From NCBI GenBank assembly GCA_030593885.1, contig JAUVGH010000006.1, positions 180 to 64,179 of the forward strand: a stretch of 64,000 bases of DNA. The letters are read 5' to 3'. Positions 37,107-46,200 of this stretch are shown piece after piece. Each line of letters starts with the position of its first letter. Position 1 is the stretch's first letter. The DNA is from Methanomassiliicoccales archaeon. GTDB taxonomy: Archaea > Thermoplasmatota > Thermoplasmata > RBG-16-68-12 > SOIM01. Below the pieces are notes generated by a model, which ran no database searches, was not told the origin of the DNA, and worked only from the letters and a program-made list of their open reading frames with translations. The translations under genes and the position numbers were made by a program.

Positions 37107-38170
37107 CATATTCTGGGGACTGGATCCCCGGCTGGCATGTCCACAATCCGCTTGCCGCCGACAAGCGTTTCCATCACCACACCATTTATGTCCTTCCTGG
37201 CTTCGCCGATGATTGCAGATTTCTTGCCAGGTTCGGTACCTTGAAGGATTCTAAGGACGTCATCAGCTTTTTCTTTGACTACAGCGATGGCCACTTTGCC
37301 TTCGTTCCCTATTGTCAGAGGATCCATGCCGAGGATCTCGCAAGCCGATGTCACTCCCTCCGTCATCGGGATGTTCTCCTCATGTATCAAGACCCCAACT
37401 TCCGACTTCTCGCTCCACTCGTTCAGGCAGTTCGCCAATCCTCCCCTGGTCGGGTCCTTCATTGCGGCGATACCGCCTTCCTCCAGGGCTTCTGAGATCA
37501 TCTTGTTGAGAGGGTATATGTCGCTCTCGACCGCACCTTCGAATCCGTAGCCCTCTCTCTTGGAGAGTATGGTCACTCCATGGTCGCCCATGGTCCCCGA
37601 GACGATTATTACATCTCCATCCCTGACATTTGAGTCCCTGATCCATTTTTCATTGAATTCGCGGTGCTGTTTAACAACCTCGATGTTCCTCTCCAGACTC
37701 TCTCCCCCAAAGCCAATTCCAGATGTGTTGACAAAGATACCGTCCATTGCCCCTCTTTCAACGACCTTGGTGTCTCCCGTGACCACAGGAACTCCAGCGA
37801 GCTTGCTGGTCGCGCTCATGCTCTTCAGGACTATCTCCAGATCATCGATCGGAAAACCCTCTTGGAGTATCAGGGCGCAGGAGATAGCTGCCGGGTCAGC
37901 TCCGACCACCGAGAGGTCGTTCACCGTTCCTGCAACGGCAAGGCTCCCGATGTCGCCCCCCGGAAAGAACAACGGCTGAACAACATATGAGTCCGTGCTG
38001 AAAACAACGCCACCCACGGCAGCCGAATCATCCAGATCCTCCAATGCGATCTCCACTTCAGGCAGGTCCTTGCTCCCGCCCAGGTTCTTGAGGATGCTTT
38101 CCTTTATCAGCTTCCCCATGAGCGATCCGCCCGCTCCATGGGCCATTGTTATGAGCCTCTTCTGAGCCAT
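37103..38170 (-). CDS. hypE: Hydrogenase maturation carbamoyl dehydratase HypE
   Basis: 355 aa with a PurM-like fold and the diagnostic C-terminal PRIC. Confidence 0.92.
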   Translation of the reverse strand: MAQKRLITMAHGAGGSLMGKLIKESILKNLGGSKDLPEVEIALEDLDDSAAVGGVVFSTDSYVVQPLFFPGGDIGSLAVAGTVNDLSVVGADPAAISCALILQEGFPIDDLEIVLKSMSATSKLAGVPVVTGDTKVVERGAMDGIFVNTSGIGFGGESLERNIEVVKQHREFNEKWIRDSNVRDGDVIIVSGTMGDHGVTILSKREGYGFEGAVESDIYPLNKMISEALEEGGIAAMKDPTRGGLANCLNEWSEKSEVGVLIHEENIPMTEGVTSACEILGMDPLTIGNEGKVAIAVVKEKADDVLRILQGTEPGKKSAIIGEARKDINGVVMETLVGGKRIVDMPAGDPVPRIC

Positions 38171-38286
38171 GATCGCACCCGTTCAGTGCTAATCGCACAT
38201 GTTGTTATATGATTTGTGATTGGACCTCCGCCTGAGAAAGATTAATTAGCTCTCTGGGAGTTGCAGTTAAGGAAAGGGGGTAGAAC

Positions 38287-39021
38287 TTGGCCATTGAGAT
38301 CGAGATCAGAAAATTCAAGGACATGAACCTGACTGGAGGCACCGTCCTGGAGGCCTTTCCCAGCGTTGGACTTGTGAGCACAATCGCGTCGAGCTACCTG
38401 ATCTCCACGCTAGAGCTGGATCAGATTTGCGCTCTGGAATCAGAGCATTTCCCTCCCGTGTCCATGGTGTACTCGACCAAGCCCAAGTTCCCGGCTCGGA
38501 TCTACGCCCGGGAAGACCTCAAGCTGGCAATTTTCATGTCCGAATTCCCTCCCCGCACAAACCTCCATAGGCCGTTGGCGAAGAGACTTCTTTCATGGTC
38601 AATGGACCAAGGCTGCAGGAGAATACTGTCCCTGGAAGGGCTGCCCAAACCCGGGTCCCACGATGCAGAACCTGAACTGAAAGGTGTCGGTAGCATCGAT
38701 GCGGCACGCGCCCTCCTGGAGAAAGGCGGTATCGAGCAAATGAAGATTGGTATGGTCCCTGGTGTGTCCGGCGTACTACTGAATGAGGGGAGATGGGTGG
38801 GTTTCAATGTCATTTGCCTTCTTGCGGACGCGATTCCGGATCACCCCGATGCTTTTGCTGCGGCCAAGCTGGTCGAAGGCATCAACAAGCTGATTCCAGA
38901 GATAGAGATCGAGTCCGAGCCTCTTCTGAAGCAGGCAGCCGAGATGGAGACCTACATTAACACTTTGAAAGAACAGGCAAGACCCGCTATGACCGAACCA
39001 TCGGTGCAGATGTTCAGATAA
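38287..39021 (+). CDS. PAC2-family proteasome assembly chaperone-like protein
   Basis: 244 aa, LEAFPSVGLVSTIASSYLI.. pattern. TTG start preceded by SD-like AAGGGGGT. Confidence 0.6.
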   Translation: MAIEIEIRKFKDMNLTGGTVLEAFPSVGLVSTIASSYLISTLELDQICALESEHFPPVSMVYSTKPKFPARIYAREDLKLAIFMSEFPPRTNLHRPLAKRLLSWSMDQGCRRILSLEGLPKPGSHDAEPELKGVGSIDAARALLEKGGIEQMKIGMVPGVSGVLLNEGRWVGFNVICLLADAIPDHPDAFAAAKLVEGINKLIPEIEIESEPLLKQAAEMETYINTLKEQARPAMTEPSVQMFR

Positions 39022-39765
39022 CTAGACCATAAGGTATCCGCCGTTGGCGTGCAGTGTCTCTCCTGTCATGTAACTAGATTCTTCTGAGACCAGGAATGAG
39101 ACGACCGAAGCTATCTCCTCGGGTTGTCCCACCTTTCGAACAGGAGTCGTTTCTATCCTCCTCTGTCTCTGTTCTGGTGAATCGTACGCTATTATTTCGG
39201 TCTCTATCGCTCCAGGTGCGACGCCGTTGACCCTGATGCCGTGGGGAGATAGTTCAAGTGCGAGTGATTTTGTGAATGCGATCACGCCCGACTTGGACGC
39301 CGCATAATGGGCTCCGTGGGATGTACCCTTGAACCCAAGCATGGATGATATGTTCACTATGTTCCCCTCTTCCTTCTCAAGCATTCCTGGGACCACAGCC
39401 TTGGCACAATTGAAGCATCCGGTCAGGTTGACATCGATAGTTCTCTGCCAGTCATCCAGTGACAGGTCCGAGAAGGTGCTCCTTTGATAGATCCCGGCGT
39501 TGTTGACCAATACCCCGATCTGTCCGAGGTCGTTGCCAATGTCAGAGACCATCTTCTCCACTGCGTCAGAATCTGCCACATCAGCTTTGTACGATCTCGC
39601 CTTCCACCCCTTCTCCTCGATCTTGGCCGTGACCTCATCGGCCCCATCATGGTTGCTCAAGAAGTTGACCGCAACATCGTACCCGTCCAAAGCCAGCCTC
39701 AGGGCGATCGCCCTTCCAATACCTCTCGAAGCACCTGTGACCAGGGCCACTTCATTCTCAGACAT
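39022..39765 (-). CDS. Short-chain dehydrogenase/reductase (FabG-like)
   Basis: VALVTGASRGIG, NNAG and the YxxxK motif (YAASK). Start is ATG 39765 or GTG 39795. Confidence 0.85.
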   Translation of the reverse strand: MSENEVALVTGASRGIGRAIALRLALDGYDVAVNFLSNHDGADEVTAKIEEKGWKARSYKADVADSDAVEKMVSDIGNDLGQIGVLVNNAGIYQRSTFSDLSLDDWQRTIDVNLTGCFNCAKAVVPGMLEKEEGNIVNISSMLGFKGTSHGAHYAASKSGVIAFTKSLALELSPHGIRVNGVAPGAIETEIIAYDSPEQRQRRIETTPVRKVGQPEEIASVVSFLVSEESSYMTGETLHANGGYLMV

Positions 39766-39824
39766 CCACCTGCCCCCGGACGGGAATGTGACCACAAGTT
39801 AAAAAGATGGAGGTGTTGGACCCG

Positions 39825-40439
39825 TCAGGGTTCCAGCATGAACTGGACGAACTCCTCGACCGTCCTGGGTTCAAGGGTGTAGTTGCCTCTCTTCTGATTG
39901 CCCAGGGAATCATGCGGAAGTGGCCCATAATCGTGTCCTGGATACACCTCCAGATCATCATCCATCTTCGCTATCTTGTTGAAAAGGCTGTCCCACAGAT
40001 GTTCCGAGCTACCGCCACCAATATCCGTTCTGCCGCACTCGTTGATGAAGAGTGTATCACCCGTGAAGAGGTTCCTGCCGATTATGACGCAGATGCTGTC
40101 CGGACTGTGACCCGGTGTGTGAATTATCTCAACATCGACATCTCCAATCTTCAGAACGTCCCCATCATTGACACCGATGTCCGACGAACTTGCACTGCTC
40201 ACATGTTTGACCATGCTGGCCCGAGTACTGGCCGCTATCTCCGCGTTCCCACCCGTGTGATCTCCGTGACCGTGGGTGTTGATCACGTACTTGACCTTGA
40301 CTCCTCTCTGGGCGACCGAGTCCAGTATCTTCTTTGTCATGCCTGATGGATCGATTACCACACCCTCCTTGCTGATCTCATCAGCAACAATATAAGCGAA
40401 GTTGGCTCCAAAACCTCCCTTAATCTGCTCGAGCATCAT
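39825..40439 (-). CDS. Metallo-beta-lactamase fold hydrolase (glyoxalase II-like)
   Basis: 204 aa with the NTHGHGDHTGG motif. Confidence 0.8.
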   Translation of the reverse strand: MMLEQIKGGFGANFAYIVADEISKEGVVIDPSGMTKKILDSVAQRGVKVKYVINTHGHGDHTGGNAEIAASTRASMVKHVSSASSSDIGVNDGDVLKIGDVDVEIIHTPGHSPDSICVIIGRNLFTGDTLFINECGRTDIGGGSSEHLWDSLFNKIAKMDDDLEVYPGHDYGPLPHDSLGNQKRGNYTLEPRTVEEFVQFMLEP

Positions 40440-40448
40440 CTGGGGTCA

Positions 40449-41207
40449 CTACCTCATGTGGTTCCAATCTTCGGTCCCGTATTTCTCACCGGCGACCTTG
40501 TCGGCCATGGACAGCTCAGTCTCGCTCAGCTCCGACCTTTCGAATTCCACTCCAAGCGACCTCTCAAATCCCCCTGCAAGCGCTGAAACGACGTCTTCGA
40601 AGGAGACGTGGCTTGTGAGGATATCATTGATGCTGGTCACCCTCTCCTTGGCGCTGTCGATCAGTTTCTTCCTGGTCTTCTCGGATGGGACCTTCAGCAG
40701 GGTGAACATCCTCTCCAGGTCGATACCCATGAGTATTGTCCCGTGCTGGAGTATCATACCCTTCCTTCTTGTTTGGGCGTTTCCCGAGATCTTCTTCCCC
40801 CCAGCTGCAATATCATTCAGACCCTGAAAGCGGGCGTCGATCCCCAGTCCTTCCAGTCCCTTGAGGATGCCCCCACATATGTACTCATAGGATTCAGGGA
40901 TCGAATCCGGCACCGACCTCCAGTTCTCAGGGATGACGGCGCTGTAAGTGACCTCATCATCGTGGAACACAGCACCTCCTCCGGTTATGCGTCTCACGAC
41001 CTCCACTCCCAGTTCATCGCACACATCGAGGTCCACCTCCTCGGACAGGCTCTGGAAGTAACCTATCGAGACCGCTGGCGGTTTCCAGCCATACAATCGA
41101 AATGTGGGGGGAGAGTCGCCCGAGGCAACGTGATGGAGAACGGACTCGTCTATTGCCATGTTCCTCGCTGCAGTGCTGTACCCCGTGAGCAGAAGTCTAA
41201 CCGTCAT
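40449..41207 (-). CDS. lplA: Lipoate-protein ligase A, catalytic domain (split LplA type)
   Basis: 252 aa: RLYGWKPPAVSIGYFQ, RRITGGGAVFHD, GKKISGNAQ. Confidence 0.85.
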   Translation of the reverse strand: MTVRLLLTGYSTAARNMAIDESVLHHVASGDSPPTFRLYGWKPPAVSIGYFQSLSEEVDLDVCDELGVEVVRRITGGGAVFHDDEVTYSAVIPENWRSVPDSIPESYEYICGGILKGLEGLGIDARFQGLNDIAAGGKKISGNAQTRRKGMILQHGTILMGIDLERMFTLLKVPSEKTRKKLIDSAKERVTSINDILTSHVSFEDVVSALAGGFERSLGVEFERSELSETELSMADKVAGEKYGTEDWNHMR

Positions 41208-41493
41208 CCTCCCCCTCCAGACATTCCATTATCCCTTTGTATAAACCCTCGAAGCTTATGCCGTACATACGTACTCCCTTCTCCTCGAAGAAGTCCTCGA
41301 GTATCCTCTTGATCTCTCCGGACTCCGCCTTTGCTCCTGTGAGGTTCTCCTGCAGCTCGTCAATGGCCTGTTCTGGGTGGGCAAAGAAATCCCCGGTTAT
41401 TACTATCTCATTGATGATTTCGTCGAAGTCCATATAGATCTTCAGAAACTTTCCTTTTGGGTCCTCGACAAGCACTTTCTTCTTCATTTGCAC
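41197..41493 (-). CDS. Lipoate-protein ligase accessory C-terminal domain protein (LplB-like)
   Basis: 98-aa stand-alone protein (..IVITGDFFAHPE..) immediately upstream of lplA and overlapping it, like the split Thermoplasma-type ligase. Confidence 0.65.
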   Translation of the reverse strand: MQMKKKVLVEDPKGKFLKIYMDFDEIINEIVITGDFFAHPEQAIDELQENLTGAKAESGEIKRILEDFFEEKGVRMYGISFEGLYKGIMECLEGEDDG

Positions 41494-42440
41494 GTCTCCT
41501 GTAGCTCCATCTGAAACTCGCTCTCGGTCAGATCTCTTGGGTAGTTGTAAGGTCGACCTGTGGGTCTCTCATTGTAATACGGTCTGTTGCAACCTTCGCA
41601 ACCCTGGGTCTTGAAGATCTCAGGTGGAATGGCTTCCAGTTCCGTCCCCTGTGGACCGAAGGATAATATCGCTCCTCTATTATCAAAACTTATCCCTTCA
41701 CCTTTCTGAGAAGTTATCAGGTATTTCGCCAATTGGATGTTCCTGTATTGAGAGAGCGACGGTGGATCGGATTTCTCCATCCTCGTTCCCCTGCAAGGTG
41801 TGAAAGCGAATAGACCGATTGGCATCTCCCTCTCCGCTATCTGCTCCATGACCTCGACCATCTCCTTCTCGGTCTCCCCAAGTCCAACGATCACGTGTGT
41901 CCCGATCCTGCCCTCGAATGATTTGCCGGCCTCGAACAGGAAATCCAGGTTATCTTCCATCGATCCTCCTCTCAGATCAGGGTAGAGCTCTCTTGATGCG
42001 ACATCCAGCGGAAGCCCCACATATTCTGCACCGATTTTGAGAAGCGTTTCAACATCCTCCATCTTTCTCGTCCTGATCTCAACGCTGATGGGCAACGAGG
42101 AGATATCGCTCATTCTCTCCACATACTTGGAAGCCTCTTGGACGTGTCCTTCGCTGTTCACTATCTGAAGGCAGATTCGTGAGAATTCGTCTTGCCTTTC
42201 AGCCAAAGCCTCATATGCTCTTTCCTCATCGTGGGCGGGCCACGGCACTCTGCAGAGGTACTCCCCCGATGCCTGGCTTGTTCTCGCCCTAGTGCAGTAA
42301 GCACAGTTGTACACGCATTTGCCACTGTTCATGAAGTGTGCCGTTCCGGGCCTGACCTGAGGATCGCCCTCGGCCAGTCCAAGCATGTTTGCCGTCCCAA
42401 GTGCAACGTGTATCAAAGAATGCAGCACTCCTCTCTCCAC
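41484..42440 (-). CDS. Radical SAM protein, candidate archaeal two-component lipoyl synthase subunit (LipS1/LipS2 type)
   Basis: 318 aa with the CVYNCAYC CxxxCxxC motif. Adjacent to a second rSAM gene and to lplA/lplB. The start is uncertain (42440 or ATG 42386). Confidence 0.6.
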   Translation of the reverse strand: MERGVLHSLIHVALGTANMLGLAEGDPQVRPGTAHFMNSGKCVYNCAYCTRARTSQASGEYLCRVPWPAHDEERAYEALAERQDEFSRICLQIVNSEGHVQEASKYVERMSDISSLPISVEIRTRKMEDVETLLKIGAEYVGLPLDVASRELYPDLRGGSMEDNLDFLFEAGKSFEGRIGTHVIVGLGETEKEMVEVMEQIAEREMPIGLFAFTPCRGTRMEKSDPPSLSQYRNIQLAKYLITSQKGEGISFDNRGAILSFGPQGTELEAIPPEIFKTQGCEGCNRPYYNERPTGRPYNYPRDLTESEFQMELQETCK

Positions 42441-43207
42441 TCGATCTCCAGCCCCTTCTTTACGGCAAGACCGCGAGATGGCTTTGAAGGGTTGACTATG
42501 CGATCGATACCCTCATCTAGGGCCATGACGTCCAGTTCCTTCCTGTACCTTCCGCCCGGTCTCATGCAGCCCATGTAGACATCGTCAAACGAATCCCTTG
42601 CTCGTTCAATGACCCTTCTCACATCCTGCAGAGAAGGCGGTGGTACGTCTCCAAGTTGAGTTCCTTCCGTGGGGATGAAGACGTTCAGGACAACTGACCG
42701 CGTCCCAAATCCGCTCAGAAGATCCAGTGCCTCCAATTCACCAGCCAGTCTTCCCCTGTTCAATCCGATGGTCAGGTGCGGAAACGTGGGAATCCGGCGT
42801 GACAGCCAAGAATACGATTTGATGAAATCACTGGCAGATTTATCCAGGCCGTAGATGTCTCTTATCGTTCCATCGTCTATAACGAAATCGAATGATGCTA
42901 CGTCGATTAGTTCAGAAAGCTGTTCTACTTCGTGTTCATCCACGAGTCCTGTGTGCCCTATCTTCGTGGATTCCTTCGGTAAGGAACTGAGATCGTCCAG
43001 ATGCTCCAGGATCGGCACCTTCCCCTCGGCATCGCATCCACCCGTAATCAGATATGAACTGGCCTCGGATAGTCCGTTCAGCTCATGCACGTCGGTCTTG
43101 CCTTCCAGATAGTTACCAGCGCAGTGCAGACAGTCTAGGGCACACTTGCTCCCCGTGACGCTTATGGGGATTGTTCTGGTTGGACGCACGAATGAGATCT
43201 TGCTCAC
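42413..43207 (-). CDS. Radical SAM protein, second candidate LipS1/LipS2-type lipoyl synthase subunit
   Basis: 264 aa with the CALDCLHC motif, in tandem with the previous rSAM gene. Confidence 0.6.
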   Translation of the reverse strand: MSKISFVRPTRTIPISVTGSKCALDCLHCAGNYLEGKTDVHELNGLSEASSYLITGGCDAEGKVPILEHLDDLSSLPKESTKIGHTGLVDEHEVEQLSELIDVASFDFVIDDGTIRDIYGLDKSASDFIKSYSWLSRRIPTFPHLTIGLNRGRLAGELEALDLLSGFGTRSVVLNVFIPTEGTQLGDVPPPSLQDVRRVIERARDSFDDVYMGCMRPGGRYRKELDVMALDEGIDRIVNPSKPSRGLAVKKGLEIEWREECCIL

Positions 43208-43249
43208 TTCTCTCCTTCCTGTCGGTGTGGGTGTATTACGAACTGACCT

Positions 43250-46200
43250 CTAAAAGTTTACAATCCAGAGGGTGTCGGTCGGAACGTAAATCCAGTAACC
43301 ATGTCCGGGGATCAGCATATCTGAATCAGAGAGTCTCTTCAGATTGTAGATGGGGGCCGAATAATCGGAGGTCTCGACCTCCGTCGCACCCGTCTCCATC
43401 TTCAGGTCCGCCACCGTATACTGAGCGTTGATGGAAGGATACCCGACCAGGTTCCAGCCGGCCTTGAGGTTGATATTGGTGGTCACCCAAACATCCCCGA
43501 TTATCTGCAGCAGACCGTCCTCGTGGAAGTCTATCCAGTATGCAGTCGCCCTGTCCACGTTCCAAGCCGGGTCCAGGTCACCGATGAGCTTGCCAGGTAC
43601 GGAGGCCTTCCACTTGTTTGTGGGATCTGCGTCATCGTATACCCATGCCCTGTCGAAACTGAGCGGTCCGAAGACGTTCGGTAGGCTCTGTCCCGGCACG
43701 TTGAGGACCGACGAGACCAGTTGCATGCCGTAGCAGACCTGGACGGCCACTTTAGCTGCCTGGTTCGGACCCCGACCTTCGTTGAAAGAACCGTCCACCG
43801 CAGAGACCAAGAAGAAATGAGGCAGATGGTCCGCACCCATTCTGGGAACGTCATAGCTGGTGATTCCAGGTCCTACTGAAGCTATTATTGAATATCCCTT
43901 TCCGGCGGGGTTGTACTCGGATGAAGAGTAGATATCGTATCTGACCACGTCATTCTCGCCTGCTCCGTCATCCGGGGATGCTGGCCAGGTGAGAGTTATG
44001 TACCCGAGGCTCGGGCCAGAGAGCTGGGCGGAGACCGGTCCGGGTGGCAGCACTTGAACGTCAGGCGGTTGACCGCTGTCCTGCAGGGAAGCCTCGATAT
44101 TGACCAACTTGGAGGTCTCAATCGAATCTCGGTTGGACAGAACAACATACCAGTCATCAGCGGATGGAATGTCGAAAGACAACGTGTAAGACTCTCTGTT
44201 CGAGGTGGCGTTGTAGCCTTCGAAAGGATACCCCTTGAGGAACTTATCGAACTCGGTCCTGTTCACTATGAAGGCGTCCAGATGTATCCCGGTGAATATC
44301 TCCTCGTCATGGTAGAGCTTCTTTGTGATCGTTGAGTCGTCCATGCCGAACCCATTGGCGGGATGCTGTATCCCGACCTCCACGTCGAACCTGAAGTTCA
44401 AGCTGAACGTCCCTGGTAGCAACGGAACTGCCGGCGAGATTAGCGGAAACGGTCTGGAGTTGTTGGTGGGCGCTGTCCAGTTCACGTAATACATCGGTTC
44501 GTTGTTAATCCCCGGCACGTTGATTATGAGCCTGTTGGGATAGCCGCGGTTCCATATCTCCTCTCCGTAACGGCTGTTCATGTGGATCAGCAGACCCTCG
44601 TTGTAGGCGTTGTCTCCCATGCTGTTCTGCCTGCTTTCTGAGGTTGTGAAATATGCGATCCCGTCCCCGTCCGTGTAAAGCCATGCACCCCCAAAGGAGG
44701 TTCCGAAGGGAGGCTTATAGTTCCAGTCAGCCAGCGAAACTCTGACACCATCTATCGGGTTGCCGTTCCAATCTGTGACCTTGACGGTCACGTTCCCCCT
44801 GTCGCTCCCTCCATTCCCATTGTGATCGTCTATTCTGTGGGTCTCGTTTATCGGGAAGGGTGCCTGCATGGCCCCATCTCCCCTGTACGTTATCAGGCTG
44901 CCCCAATCTCGGTTCCAGCCGTAGTGGTAGAGGTCCCAATTGTCGACTATGGTTGTCGAAGCGCTCCAGTGATTGTCCTGTTGATGCCACCCCCTCTCAT
45001 AGAAGGTGCCGTAGCAGTGATCCCCTGCTATCCCGAGGACCTCCATGTACGGTATCAGCGTCGCCCTTGCCGCAGCGAGGGTCAAATCGCCCAATTCACC
45101 ACAGTTGCCGTTGTGCTCGAACTGGATCCTGACCATTTGTCTGGGACGGTTCCCGTCGTTGTCCTCCTGGGCGTTCAATGCGAGAGTGGATTCTACCCAG
45201 TGTGTCATTACCTCAATCGCGTGCGTGTCCTTGGTCCAGGGTCTCAGAGGCAGGCCGTCATTCCCTCTTGCCGTCTCGCCGGAGTTGTTGTACAATCTGG
45301 GTGTGGTGTATGGTACGCCGTCCCACAGGTATTTGATGCCCGCGATCTTGTCCTTCAACAGCGGCGGGTTCTCCTCCTTGGGGTACTTGACACTCAGTGC
45401 AGAATCGTCAGGCCAGTGGGTGTCCGCCATGTTGAAGACCGACCATCGCCAGAAGGTCCCGTTCCCTGCCGGCCAGCGGGGTTCCGCTCCGAAGTGGCCC
45501 GAGTTGACGAACCTGGGGTTGATGAACGTGGGTAACTCATCCGAGCCTTTCGGATGCACGATCCACCAGTAGTAGATGTAGGGCGGATATTCTTGCCTGC
45601 TGAGATTGCAGCATCCCTCTTCCTTCACCCAATACTCAACGGTCGAGAACTGGTCGGGGGTGCCGAGATTATAGTCCACGATGTTCGCATAATCCAAGTG
45701 GGCGTCATTGTGGTAGAGGGTCTCGGTGTTGTTGAGCCAAACCTCTGCCCAAGTCGAACCGTGCATGAGGGATGCGGTACCTGAATGAGCTATCGAGAAG
45801 ACCAGTTCGTCCACCATCTTCTGCGGGACAGTGTTGATGTAATCCGCGAACTCCACCGCTCTGGCCGGTACGTTCCTCTCCATCAGGAACACAGAGTTGT
45901 TATCCGAGTAGAATTGCCTGTGGTTTGCATAGTTGAAGCTCGTTCCCACGCTGTCGTACATCAACCATTCGGGTTGGGCCACGGTTCCAATGTTCTGATA
46001 GTAATGGAGCTTTCCGTTGTTCTCCCCCAGGACTAGGTCAGGTATGTAATCCAGATTGAGGTCAATCAGGGCTGGTGCGGCATCTGCGGGAAGATCGATG
46101 TAAGGGAATACCAATGTGTCCATTGTCCAGTTTATGGTTTCATTCCAGAACTGCTTCACCGTGCCCGTGTTGTCTCCCACGGTCAAGTCAAAGTCGCCGT

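Noticed and set aside
38205-38250. A C/D-box-like string, TATGATTTGTGATTGGACCTCCGCCTGAG, in the hypE/PAC2 spacer. I also checked ATGATAATGATAAT at about 53488-53501.
   Set aside because: The boxes have at least two mismatches, the spacer lengths do not fit the 12-nt rule, and there is no terminal stem.
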